The notes below the pieces were generated by a model, which worked only from the letters and a program-made list of their open reading frames with translations, ran no database searches and had not been told where the DNA came from. This document shows positions 1 through 9,337 of a stretch of DNA of 64,000 bases, one piece after another. The translations under genes and the position numbers were made by a program. Origin of the DNA: Flavobacteriales bacterium (lineage in GTDB: Bacteria; Bacteroidota; Bacteroidia; CAIKAF01); assembly GCA_022402535.1 (NCBI GenBank), contig JAKRSD010000019.1, positions 14,224 to 78,223 on the forward strand, written 5' to 3'. The first letter of the stretch is position 1, and the number at the start of each line of letters is the position of its first letter.

Positions 1-604
1 TCCCTTCGGGAAGCATGTTGAGCATCAGGTAAGCGGCAAAAAACATTCCCGCCATAATAATCACCATCTGAATTTTTTGGGTTTCGGCCACGGCTTTGGT
101 GCCTCCGGTAACGGTGTATAAAATCACGATACTGCCTATGACAATATTGCACAACACGATATCCCAGCCCAATACCGCCGAGAGAACCAATGAAGGGGCA
201 AAAATGGTAAAACCCGCAGCCAGTCCACGGTGCAGAAGAAAAAGCAGTGCCGCCAATACACGAACTTTTACGTTGAACCGGTTTTCCAGGTATTCGTAGG
301 CTGTATAAACGTTGAGTTTTTTATAGAGCGGTACGGCCGTTTCGCTGATGATAATCATGGCAATGGGCAATCCGAGGTAAAACTGCACGAATCGCATGCC
401 GTCGGAAAAAGCTTGTCCCGGAGCAGAAAGAAAGGTAATGGCACTGGCCTGGGTAGCCATTACGCTGATACCCACGGTAAGCCAACCCATTCCCGAGCCT
501 TTGTAATAATCGCCTGTATTTGCGTTTTTTCGGCTTCTCCAGATTCCATATCCTACAATAAGGAGCTGGCTGGCGAACAATATAATCCAGTCTAAAGAAT
601 TCAT
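1..604 (-). CDS. Sodium:solute symporter (SSS/SLC5) family protein, N-terminal part; 3' end lies beyond the window edge
   Basis: Not in the ORF track. My translation from ATG 604 gives MNSLDWIILFASQLLIVGYGIWRSRK...WLTVGISVMATQASAITFLSAPGQAFSDGMRFVQFYLGLPIAM, containing the typical SSS motif SVMATQASAITFL. Confidence 0.9.
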   Translation of the reverse strand, partial: MNSLDWIILFASQLLIVGYGIWRSRKNANTGDYYKGSGMGWLTVGISVMATQASAITFLSAPGQAFSDGMRFVQFYLGLPIAMIIISETAVPLYKKLNVYTAYEYLENRFNVKVRVLAALLFLLHRGLAAGFTIFAPSLVLSAVLGWDIVLCNIVIGSIVILYTVTGGTKAVAETQKIQMVIIMAGMFFAAYLMLNMLPEG

Positions 605-720
605 GAAAATATTTCGGTAATAAGCGCAAAAAGCGCAATGAGCACGAGGAGTTCAACGAACACAAACCCGTATAACCACACGGGCGATTTATCCGGTTTG
701 GGGTCAGATGAATTTACCAA
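601..720 (-). CDS. Putative 39-aa single-TM membrane protein upstream of the SSS transporter
   Basis: The TTG at 720 abuts the TPM gene stop, and the TGA overlaps the SSS ATG (ATGA). Sequence (M)VNSSDPKPDKSPVWLYGFVFVELLVLIALFALITEIFS has one hydrophobic helix. Confidence 0.6.
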   Translation of the reverse strand: MVNSSDPKPDKSPVWLYGFVFVELLVLIALFALITEIFS

Positions 721-1475
721 CTTCCGCTTGCGCCTCCACCGCCCGAAAAACCACCGCCTCCGCCTGACCAGCCACCGCCACCGCCCGACCAGCTGCTTCC
801 GCCGCCCGACCAACCGCCGCCGTAATATCTGCGGCCACCATATTGTGGTACTCCTCCTATTCCTCCTCCTTTGCCGCCGCTTACTATGCGCAGAAATATA
901 GATATGATGACAAAAAATAAAATCATAAATACAGGAACCCAAATGGGAAGAGCGTTGCTTTTGGGTGGTGCTTCATATGTGCCTTGTATTGCTTGTAAAA
1001 TAGCATTGATGCCATTAAAAACTCCTGTATCAAAGTTACCGCTTTTAAAATGGGGTAATATTTCCGATTGAATTATCCTTCCGCAAAGAGCATCGGGCAA
1101 TGCGCCTTCTAATCCGTAGCCCACTTCTATATGCACCTTCCGTTCGTTGGGGGCAACCAATAATAAAACACCGTTATTAATGTCTTTTTGACCTAATTGA
1201 TAAAATTTGAATGCTTCGTTGGCATATTGCGAAACGGCATAGCCTTCCAGTGAACTTACGGTAACCACCATGACCTGATTGCCGGTAGTATCCTCGTGAT
1301 TCTGAATCAGATGTTCGATGGAGTTTTGGGTTTCCACAGAAAGAATGCCCGCCTCATCAATCACATGGGTGCGGTTTGTAGCCGGGAAATTGGGCTGGGC
1401 GAAAAGGTTTAATGGAAAAAACCATGGAATAGCCACCAAAAGAAAATATAACAGAATGCGTTTCATGAAATTCAA
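714..1475 (-). CDS. TPM-domain (YgcG-like) protein with TM helix and Gly-rich tail
   Basis: Signal peptide, V.D.AGILS, NGVLLLVA..ERKV.IEVGYGLEG.LPD motif, C-terminal GGGGFSGGGGASGSW. Confidence 0.9.
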   Translation of the reverse strand: MNFMKRILLYFLLVAIPWFFPLNLFAQPNFPATNRTHVIDEAGILSVETQNSIEHLIQNHEDTTGNQVMVVTVSSLEGYAVSQYANEAFKFYQLGQKDINNGVLLLVAPNERKVHIEVGYGLEGALPDALCGRIIQSEILPHFKSGNFDTGVFNGINAILQAIQGTYEAPPKSNALPIWVPVFMILFFVIISIFLRIVSGGKGGGIGGVPQYGGRRYYGGGWSGGGSSWSGGGGGWSGGGGGFSGGGGASGSW

Positions 1476-2128
1476 TGTCTTAAGTTATCAGGCAATTCGT
1501 TTGTATTATCTGCTTCGGCAGAAAACCCTTTTTCCAGCAATAAATCGCAGGTATGTTCAATGGCTTTACAGATTCCTTCAGCCTTTTGTTTGTTTTTAAG
1601 TCCCTGCAAAATGGGATTGAGCACATTTTCCCAATCTTTAGATTCTACTTTGGCCGAAATGCCGATATCGCCGAGTACTTCGGCCCGGTGTTCCAACAGA
1701 CTGATTAGTATCAGCACGCCGGTGCGGTGTTTGGTTTGAAACACATTTTCGCGAAGAAAGGCAAGCTGGGCTTCACGGTCAACCGATTCGGCCAGTTCGC
1801 GCCCGAGCATAAAACAAATGCGGAATCTGGGAATAAAAAGCGCCAGAAAAAATCCGGCACAAAATGCTATTGTCATCAACACCATAAGACTTTCGGGCGC
1901 ATAAATCCAATGTCCGCCCCAGAAAGAAGTGAACTCATAAAGAATCAGCCAAATCACAGCCACCACAATGGAAAAGGTGAGACCGGCCCGCAGGTTGCCT
2001 ACTTCATAGTCGTCCGATTGTTCGGTGAAAACGGGAACGATTTCTCCGGAAATCCGGTTTTCGGCCTGTTTCACGGCGGCTTCAATTTTTCGGAGATCGT
2101 CCTCACTGAAAAAATGGGATACCTTCAT
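1472..2128 (-). CDS. TPM-domain membrane protein (partner of the YgcG-like gene)
   Basis: I..AV..AE...SGEIV, T..RTGVLI.IS..EHRAEVLGD.GI and C-terminal NELPD motifs; two TM helices. Confidence 0.85.
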   Translation of the reverse strand: MKVSHFFSEDDLRKIEAAVKQAENRISGEIVPVFTEQSDDYEVGNLRAGLTFSIVVAVIWLILYEFTSFWGGHWIYAPESLMVLMTIAFCAGFFLALFIPRFRICFMLGRELAESVDREAQLAFLRENVFQTKHRTGVLILISLLEHRAEVLGDIGISAKVESKDWENVLNPILQGLKNKQKAEGICKAIEHTCDLLLEKGFSAEADNTNELPDNLRH

Positions 2129-2209
2129 GCTTCTGTTGTTTGTTTACAAAGTAAAGATTTTTTCCTTCGTGCCAAGTAGATTTTTAAAACCTCCGAAAAG
2201 CCATAAGGT

Positions 2210-2818
2210 TTATAAAGCCTTAAACTGATAACCCAATGCAGAGAATTGCACTAAAAAAGCCGGGAGGATTTGTAAGACTTTCTCGCGGGTTTTGTCTGAA
2301 TCGTGTAATACGATTACCGAACCGTTTCGGGTCTGTTTTTTTAATTTTGAAAGGCACTTTTCCCAGGAATAAGCGGGCTCATATTCTTCTGCAATCACAT
2401 CCCACATCACGATTCGGGTTTCGGTTTTCAGCGTTCGATACAGCGATAGGGTGATTTTTCCGTACGGTGGTCTGAAATAAGCGGAAGGAACACATGCCAT
2501 GCCTTTTCGGACATCGTTCAGATAATCCGTTTTTTCCGTTTTACAGGCATTCACATGCGAATAGGAGTGGCTTCCCAGCGTATGTCCGTCCTGTTTTATT
2601 TTTTCAACGATTTCCGGAAAGGTTTCCGCATTTTTTCCGATAAGAAAAAAGGTAGCTTGGGCTTCAAACTTCTTTAGTACACGTAAAATTTCTGCGGTAC
2701 CTGCTTCGGTGGGGCCGTCATCAAAAGTGAGGTAGAGGACTTTTTGGTCTCCCATTTTTTTTCTGAAAATAACCTCAGGAAAAAGCCGCGAGAGTATGCC
2801 CGGAGTTCTGGGAAGCAT
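2210..2818 (-). CDS. Polysaccharide deacetylase (NodB/CE4)
   Basis: LTFDDGP, HSYSH, FRPPYG and VLHD motifs. Confidence 0.93.
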   Translation of the reverse strand: MLPRTPGILSRLFPEVIFRKKMGDQKVLYLTFDDGPTEAGTAEILRVLKKFEAQATFFLIGKNAETFPEIVEKIKQDGHTLGSHSYSHVNACKTEKTDYLNDVRKGMACVPSAYFRPPYGKITLSLYRTLKTETRIVMWDVIAEEYEPAYSWEKCLSKLKKQTRNGSVIVLHDSDKTREKVLQILPAFLVQFSALGYQFKAL

Positions 2819-2821
2819 GAA

Positions 2822-3805
2822 TTAATATTTTCGGTCGGTGGTGAAATTCACCAGCCCGATCAATGAACTTTTATACGCAGAGTCAGGCAGTTCATCCAGC
2901 ATGCGGATGGCTTCATTTTTAATGGCCAGCATCTTCTCTTCCGCATAATTCAATCCGCCCGATTTTTTGACAAAATCAATCACTTCTGCCACCTTTTTGG
3001 GGTCATTGTTATTGTTTTTCACCGTGCTGATTATTCTTCTTTTTTCGGAAGCGGGCGCTTTGGAAAGTGCATAAATCAAGGGCAGGGTCATTTTCTGCTC
3101 TTTAATGTCTATGCCGGTGGGTTTTCCGATTAATGAGGAGTTTTCATAATCGAATAAATCATCTTTTATCTGAAAGGCAATGCCCACTTTTTCACCAAAA
3201 ATACGCATGTGTTCCACCCGGTTTTCATCCGAGCCCGAAGCATAGGCCCCACAGGCACAGCAGGAAGCTATAAGCGAAGCCGTTTTTCGGGTTATGATTT
3301 CAAAATAAACGTCTTCGGTAATATCGAGCCGGCGGGCTTTTTCAATCTGTAGTAATTCGCCTTCACTCATCAGTCGCACGGCATCGGAAGTTATCCTGAG
3401 CAGTTCAAAATCTTTGTTTTCAACCGATAATAACAGCCCTTTCGACAATAAAAAATCGCCTACCAATACGGCAATTTTATTTTTCCACAGGGCGTTGATG
3501 GAGAAAAAACCTCTTCTTTCCAGCGAATCGTCCACTACATCATCGTGCACAAGCGTAGCCGTGTGAAGCAATTCAATCAGTGAAGCGGCCCGGTAAACCG
3601 AATCATTGAAATTTCCAGTAGCGCCCGCCGTAAGAAATACAAACAGAGGACGAATCTGTTTTCCTTTCCTTTTTACAATGTACCGGGTAATCTTATCGAG
3701 CAGAGGAACAGAAGTACTCATGGATTTTTTGAACTTGGTTTCAAAAACATCCATGTGGTTTTTAACAGGCTCCTGTATCTCTTTCAGTGTTTTCAAGCGG
3801 CTCAA
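2822..3805 (-). CDS. ispB: Long-chain polyprenyl diphosphate synthase (IspB-like)
   Basis: GKQIRP, LVHDDVVD (FARM), FQIKDDLFD (SARM); TTG start. Confidence 0.9.
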   Translation of the reverse strand: MSRLKTLKEIQEPVKNHMDVFETKFKKSMSTSVPLLDKITRYIVKRKGKQIRPLFVFLTAGATGNFNDSVYRAASLIELLHTATLVHDDVVDDSLERRGFFSINALWKNKIAVLVGDFLLSKGLLLSVENKDFELLRITSDAVRLMSEGELLQIEKARRLDITEDVYFEIITRKTASLIASCCACGAYASGSDENRVEHMRIFGEKVGIAFQIKDDLFDYENSSLIGKPTGIDIKEQKMTLPLIYALSKAPASEKRRIISTVKNNNNDPKKVAEVIDFVKKSGGLNYAEEKMLAIKNEAIRMLDELPDSAYKSSLIGLVNFTTDRKY

Positions 3806-3920
3806 AGGTAATAAACCCTGTTTATGCAGAAAATGTTTGCAGAAAATATAGTCAGTATGGCTTTCGCCCGATTGTTTGGCCCATTTTTACACCTTTGTAC
3901 CCAACAAATCAGAACGGAAC

Positions 3921-4487
3921 ATGAAAAAGGTATGGATTTTTGCATCGGGAGGCGGAAGTAACGCCGAAAAATTATTTGCCCATTTCAAAAACCATACATC
4001 CATCAACATTACCGGATTGCTTTGCAACAATTCCGACGCGGGCGTTATTTCAAAGGCCCAAAAAGAAGCTATTCCTGTTTTTCAGCTGAGTAATGCAGCG
4101 TTGAATGAACATGGGAAACTGTTGGCTCTGCTGCACGAAAATGACGTGGATTATATTATTCTGGCCGGTTTTCTGCGCAAAATTCCAGACGAAGTGGTAA
4201 AAGCATTTCCAAACCGCATCATCAATATTCATCCGGCCCTTTTGCCTAAATACGGAGGAAAGGGAATGTACGGAATGCACGTGCACAAAGCGGTAAAAGC
4301 TGCCGGTGAAAAAATTTCGGGCATAACCATTCATCTGGTCAATGAACATTACGATGAGGGCAGGGTCCTTTTTCAGGAATCGGTTTCGCTGTCGGAATCT
4401 GATTCTGCCGAAGATATTGCCCGCAAAGTACTCGCTTTGGAACATGCTCATTTTCCGTCCGTTTGTGAAAAGTTTATCTTAGAATGA
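3921..4487 (+). CDS. purN: Phosphoribosylglycinamide formyltransferase
   Basis: IFASGGGSNA, LAGF, INIHPALLP and YDEG motifs; start moved to ATG 3921. Confidence 0.96.
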   Translation: MKKVWIFASGGGSNAEKLFAHFKNHTSINITGLLCNNSDAGVISKAQKEAIPVFQLSNAALNEHGKLLALLHENDVDYIILAGFLRKIPDEVVKAFPNRIINIHPALLPKYGGKGMYGMHVHKAVKAAGEKISGITIHLVNEHYDEGRVLFQESVSLSESDSAEDIARKVLALEHAHFPSVCEKFILE

Positions 4488-4572
4488 AAATTCATCGGAA
4501 ATCAAATCGCAGTTAGTCGAAAAATACACGCTACATAAAATTTGCACACCCATCTTTGAAAAAAGTTTAATT

Positions 4573-5298
4573 ATGAAAAAGTATACAATTGCATTTATCG
4601 CCTTTTTATCTGTTTTACATATTTCGGTTCAGGCCCAGTCGCTTGAGGAAGTGATTGAAAACTACACCAAAGTAAACGGCTCGCAGGAACAGTGGGACAA
4701 CATTAAAACCATGAAAATGGATGGCAAATTTTCGCAGCAGGGCATGGAGTTCCCGATTATTGCCCATATGAAACGCCCCAACAGTGTGCATACCAGCATT
4801 AAAGTGATGGGTATGGAAATTATTCAGGCGTATGATGGCAAAGATGCGTGGATGATAAATCCGCTGATGGGCAAAAAAGACGCTGAACTGATGGGCGAAG
4901 AAGACGCCAAACAAACCAAAAAACAAGGTAAATTTGAAGATCCGCTGCTTACCTACAAAACAAAAGGCCATAAAGTGCAGTTGGCGGGTAAAGAAGAAAT
5001 TGAAGGAACGGAGTGTTTTAAAATTGAAGTGGAAGAAGTAGATGGAGATAAATCAACCGTTTTTATTGATACCGAAAACTATCTGAAACTTATGGAACGT
5101 TCGGTTTTAACCAATGCACAGACGGAAGGTGCCGTGATTGAAGCCTTTTTCAGCGATTACAAAGAAGTGGAAAACGGCCTGTTGATGTGGCATGCCATGG
5201 ATAATAAAATCGGTGGACAATCTATGGGAACGATGATCATCACCAAATGGGAATTTAACCCCAAGGTAGATGACAAAATTTTCAAAATGCCTAAATAA
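4573..5298 (+). CDS. Secreted protein, LolA-like / outer-membrane lipoprotein-sorting family
   Basis: Signal peptide; YDGK.AW..NP..G, L.GKE.I.G..C.KI and F.DYK.V.G patterns; C-terminal F.MP. Confidence 0.65.
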   Translation: MKKYTIAFIAFLSVLHISVQAQSLEEVIENYTKVNGSQEQWDNIKTMKMDGKFSQQGMEFPIIAHMKRPNSVHTSIKVMGMEIIQAYDGKDAWMINPLMGKKDAELMGEEDAKQTKKQGKFEDPLLTYKTKGHKVQLAGKEEIEGTECFKIEVEEVDGDKSTVFIDTENYLKLMERSVLTNAQTEGAVIEAFFSDYKEVENGLLMWHAMDNKIGGQSMGTMIITKWEFNPKVDDKIFKMPK

Positions 5299-5426
5299 TA
5301 GGCATTCAGATTTTATAGAATAACATTGAATGAACATCCCGACGGTTCATACCCGTTGAAATCCTTGGATGTTTGCCTTAAATCATAACAACTTCCCCTT
5401 GGGGTGGAAATAAATTTAGATTACAG

Positions 5427-8400
5427 ATGAAAAAAGCGTTATCTGCTCTTTGTGGCTTTGTGCTGGCCATTCCTGTGGTTTTTTCACAAACCGCCGAACT
5501 TAAAGGAAGCGCCCTGTTCGGTTCGCTTCGTGCCCGTTCCATCGGTCCTGCATCCATGAGCGGTCGTGTTGCCGATTTGGCGGTAGTGAACAGAAGCCCC
5601 CATATTTTTTATGTGGGAGCCGCCGGGGGCGGAATCTGGAAAACCAAAAACGGAGGAGCCTCTTTTGAGCCCATTTTTGATAAATATCCGCAGGCTATCG
5701 GAAAAATAATGATAGATCAAAACCGCCCCGATACGGTTTGGGTTGGTACGGGAGAACCCTGGACCCGTAACAGTGTTTCGCACGGAAACGGAATTTATCT
5801 TTCTGTTAACGGTGGAAAAGACTGGGAACACAAAGGGCTCGAAAACTCTGAACGAATTGCCGATATCGCCATTCATCCCACCAAACCTTCTGTGGTTTTT
5901 GTAGCGGTGATGGGAAGCCTTTGGAAATCAAACGATGAAAGAGGGTTGTATAAAACCTCTGATTTCGGAAAAACTTGGGAAAAGGTGCTGTACATTGATG
6001 AAAACACCGGTTGCACCAATATCATCATTGATCCGCAGGAGCCCGAAATTATGTATGCCGCCACCTGGCAGTTCAGGCGTTCGGCACATTTCTTCACTTC
6101 GGGAGGAAAAGGAAGCGGAATGTACAAAACCACCGATGGGGGCAAAACCTGGAAACCCATAAGAAATGGACTTCCCAAAGGTGATTTGGGGCGAATTGCT
6201 ATCGCATTAAGTCCATCAAGAGCCGGAAATTTATATGCCACTGTAGAGGCTGACACCAACTCCTTATACAGAAGTACCGATTTTGGCGAAACCTGGAAAA
6301 AAATGAATGAGAGTTTTAACACTGGCGCCCGTCCGTTCTACTTTTCTTTGTTGGTAGCCGATCCTGCCGATCACCTTAAAATTTATAAACCGGGCTACAC
6401 GCTTACGGTAAGCCGCGACGGTGGGAAAACCTTTAATACCATCGGAGGGGCCACACACCCCGATCATCATGCATTATGGGTAAATCCATCCAATACACAG
6501 GAACTTTTACTGGGAACTGACGGTGGTGTGTACCGTTCGTTGGATGCCGGCGGCAGCTGGACCATGTTTCGCAATCTGCCTTTGTCGCAATTCTACAGAA
6601 TAAGTGTGGATGATGATAAGCCCTACAATGTATATGGCGGATTGCAGGACAATGGATCGTGGATGGGACCTTCGGAAAAACCGGGCGGAGTGCGCAACGG
6701 CGACTGGCGCAATGTGGGATTTGGAGACGGTTTCTGTACATTCCGTCATCCGACGGCAAAACATATCGTGTTCAGTGAATATCAGGGCGGACACCTGATG
6801 CGGGTGAATCTAAACGATAATTCAACCAAAGATATCCGTCCGTTCCCCGCAAAGGGAGAACCCGATTACCGTTTTCATTGGAATACGCCGGTGGCGTTAA
6901 GCCCCAACAATCCTTCAAAAATGTATCTGGGTGCCCAGTTTCTTTTTATGTCTACCGACATGGGCGAATCCTGGGTTAAAATCTCTCCCGATTTAACCAC
7001 CAATGACCCGTTAAAACAAAAACAGAAACAATCGGGCGGAATGACCCGTGACAATACTACGGCCGAAAATCATTGTACTATTTACACCATTGCGGAATCT
7101 CCGTTGGATGAAAATATTATATGGGCCGGCACAGATGACGGAAACCTACAGGTTACCACCGACGGAGGAAAAACCTGGACCAATACCACTCCGCAAATTC
7201 AGGGATTGCCCAAAAACACCTGGTGCAGCTTTGTGGAGCCGGGTACTACCGATAAAAACACGGTATTCGCCACGTTTGAGGGGCATACTTCGGGCGATTT
7301 TAAACCTTATATTTTCAAAAGTACCGATTTGGGAAAAACCTGGAAACCGCTGGCCACCGATGATATTAAAACCTTTGTATGGTGTATCCGTCAGGATACC
7401 AAAAACCCGGATTTGCTTTTTGCAGGAACGGAGTGGGGGCTTTATATTTCGATTGACGGAGGGCAGAAATGGCTGGAATTTGAAAATGGAATGCCCAAAG
7501 TGGGTATCCGAGATATGGTCATTCATCCCACAGCGGATGCACTGGTTATGGGCACCCACGGAAGAGGAGTGTTAATATTGGATGATATCTCACCCTTACG
7601 GGCCATTACTTCCGAACTGCTTAAGTCAAACTTTGCCTTTTTGCCTATTAAACCCCAGATTATTAAAAGCGGGGGAGGATTTCAGGATTTCTCTTCAGCG
7701 GGCGAGTTTGTTGGAGAAAATCCTTCTTCCAATGCGAAAATCATGTATTACATGAGCAAAAGGCATATGGTAGGCGATATGAAAATGTTTGTTTATGACG
7801 AAGCGGGCAAACAGGTTGCCGAGCTGAACCCAGGTAAACAAAAGGGAATTAATGTGGTGGATTGGATTACCCGGGGTAAGGCGCCTAAAGCCAAAATGGG
7901 AACCACCTTATCAGGCGGAGCCTTTATGGGGCCCTCATTGCCCGAAGGCAAGTACAAGGTGAAAGTGATTAAAGGAAAAGAAGAGTTTGAAACGGTGGTA
8001 GAACTCAAAGGCAATCCGGATTCCGAATACACAGCCGAGGAACGCAAACTTCAGCAAAATACGGCATTGAGATTACATGCTCTTACCGAAAAAATTGGTA
8101 ATCTCACCAACACCTTAGAATATTGGATTGACGAAACCAAAAAATCTGTTGAATCCAATAAAATTCCTGCCTCTAAGGCAAATCCGTTTATATCAAAATG
8201 GGAAGGATTCTTCAAAACGCTTATCAGCACTGATAAGGGTGGAATTTTTGCCGGAGATGAACAGCTTAACGAAAAAATTATTGAACTGTATGGGAATGTG
8301 AACAGTTTTCCGGGTAAGCCTTCCCAATCGCAGTTGGAACGTACGGCGTTGTTTGAAAACGAAGTAAAAGAGGCTGAACGCGTATTTACTTTAATGGTTG

Positions 8401-8546
8401 AAAAAGAGTTGCCTGCTATAAACAGCCTGCGCACCAAAGCCGGACTGGAGCCATTGATGAAGTCAAAAGAGCCTGAAGGCGGACAGGAAGTGGAAGGCAA
8501 AAAACAATTCCGAAAGTTTATGTTCAGAATGGGCTGGTTGCATTAA
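5427..8546 (+). CDS. VPS10/sortilin-like BNR-repeat beta-propeller protein (often labelled glycosyl hydrolase)
   Basis: Signal peptide, RSIGPA.MSGR, many SxDxGxTW Asp-box repeats, YGGLQDNGSW. Confidence 0.88.
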   Translation: MKKALSALCGFVLAIPVVFSQTAELKGSALFGSLRARSIGPASMSGRVADLAVVNRSPHIFYVGAAGGGIWKTKNGGASFEPIFDKYPQAIGKIMIDQNRPDTVWVGTGEPWTRNSVSHGNGIYLSVNGGKDWEHKGLENSERIADIAIHPTKPSVVFVAVMGSLWKSNDERGLYKTSDFGKTWEKVLYIDENTGCTNIIIDPQEPEIMYAATWQFRRSAHFFTSGGKGSGMYKTTDGGKTWKPIRNGLPKGDLGRIAIALSPSRAGNLYATVEADTNSLYRSTDFGETWKKMNESFNTGARPFYFSLLVADPADHLKIYKPGYTLTVSRDGGKTFNTIGGATHPDHHALWVNPSNTQELLLGTDGGVYRSLDAGGSWTMFRNLPLSQFYRISVDDDKPYNVYGGLQDNGSWMGPSEKPGGVRNGDWRNVGFGDGFCTFRHPTAKHIVFSEYQGGHLMRVNLNDNSTKDIRPFPAKGEPDYRFHWNTPVALSPNNPSKMYLGAQFLFMSTDMGESWVKISPDLTTNDPLKQKQKQSGGMTRDNTTAENHCTIYTIAESPLDENIIWAGTDDGNLQVTTDGGKTWTNTTPQIQGLPKNTWCSFVEPGTTDKNTVFATFEGHTSGDFKPYIFKSTDLGKTWKPLATDDIKTFVWCIRQDTKNPDLLFAGTEWGLYISIDGGQKWLEFENGMPKVGIRDMVIHPTADALVMGTHGRGVLILDDISPLRAITSELLKSNFAFLPIKPQIIKSGGGFQDFSSAGEFVGENPSSNAKIMYYMSKRHMVGDMKMFVYDEAGKQVAELNPGKQKGINVVDWITRGKAPKAKMGTTLSGGAFMGPSLPEGKYKVKVIKGKEEFETVVELKGNPDSEYTAEERKLQQNTALRLHALTEKIGNLTNTLEYWIDETKKSVESNKIPASKANPFISKWEGFFKTLISTDKGGIFAGDEQLNEKIIELYGNVNSFPGKPSQSQLERTALFENEVKEAERVFTLMVEKELPAINSLRTKAGLEPLMKSKEPEGGQEVEGKKQFRKFMFRMGWLH

Positions 8547-8572
8547 GCAGGCTTAAATATTGAGATTTTACA

Positions 8573-8610
8573 TAAAAACCTTCGGCAATTTGTCCGAAGG
8601 TTTTTTATTT
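8573..8610. terminator. Bidirectional intrinsic terminator after the VPS10 gene
   Basis: TAAAAACCTTCGG-caatttgt-CCGAAGGTTTTTTA. Confidence 0.8.
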
Positions 8611-8714
8611 GTGAATCATCAAACAAAATAGGGGTAATTTCAAACCAGAGCAAAAAAGAGGGTTGTAGTGAAGATTTTTGGAAATCGGTAGATTTCGGCA
8701 TTGAATTACTAGGC

Positions 8715-8744
8715 AAAAAAAAACCGCTCCCCAATGGGAAGCGG
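8715..8744 (-). terminator. Intrinsic terminator of rpsT
   Basis: Minus strand CCGCTTCCC-ATT-GGGGAGCGG followed by a T run. Confidence 0.8.
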
Positions 8745-8766
8745 CAAAAAAAAACAAAAATCCTTT

Positions 8767-9021
8767 TTATTTCAATCCTTTTAAAAACTTAGCCAATTTA
8801 CTTTTTACGTTGGCCGCTTTATTAGGATGAATAATATTTTTCTTAGCTAATTTATCCAGCATAGCCGTAAGCGTAGGAAGCATAGTTTCCCCTTCTTTTT
8901 TCTCGGTAACCGAGCGGAAACGCTTCATGTATGTACGCGCCGACTTGTGATAATAACGGTTACGGGCTCTTTTAGCGCCGTTAGCTCTGATTCTTTTGAT
9001 TGCTGACTTATGGTTTGCCAT
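8767..9021 (-). CDS. rpsT: 30S ribosomal protein S20
   Basis: MANHKSAIKRIR...IIHPNKAANVKSKL. Confidence 0.98.
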   Translation of the reverse strand: MANHKSAIKRIRANGAKRARNRYYHKSARTYMKRFRSVTEKKEGETMLPTLTAMLDKLAKKNIIHPNKAANVKSKLAKFLKGLK

Positions 9022-9069
9022 TGTCTTCTTCTGTTTAAAATAAAAAGGGTTTTTCAACCCTTTGTTTAG

Positions 9070-9141
9070 TAGCCCGTAGGGGAATCGAACCCCTGCTACA
9101 AGAATGAAAATCTTGCGTCCTAACCCCTAGACGAACGGGCC
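9070..9141 (-). tRNA. tRNA-Glu (TTC)
   Basis: GGCCCGTTCGTCTAGGGGTTAGGACGCAAGATTTTCATTCTTGTAGCAGGGGTTCGATTCCCCTACGGGCTA folds as a cloverleaf; CCA not encoded. Confidence 0.97.
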
Positions 9142-9161
9142 ATCTTTGTTCTTTCGGGCTG

Positions 9162-9192
9162 CAAATGTAAGTTCATTTTTTTAATCTCCAAA
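9162..9192 (-). promoter_or_regulatory. Bacteroidota primary-sigma promoter for tRNA-Glu-rpsT
   Basis: TTTG-N19-TACATTTG matches the -33/-7 consensus. Confidence 0.8.
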
Positions 9193-9337
9193 AATCCGGG
9201 ATATTTTTTTTCAGTTTTTCCTGCTCAAATTTCTCTTTAATCTGCCATACCGATAAAAAATGTTTCTTTGTTTTTTGCTTAGCAGCGCATGTTTAAGTGT
9301 CGTTGAGCAATTTGAACACAAAAAAAGAGAAAAAACG

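Noticed and set aside
714-880. GC-rich CCG/CCA repeat tract
   Set aside because: It encodes the usual Gly-rich tail of TPM proteins.
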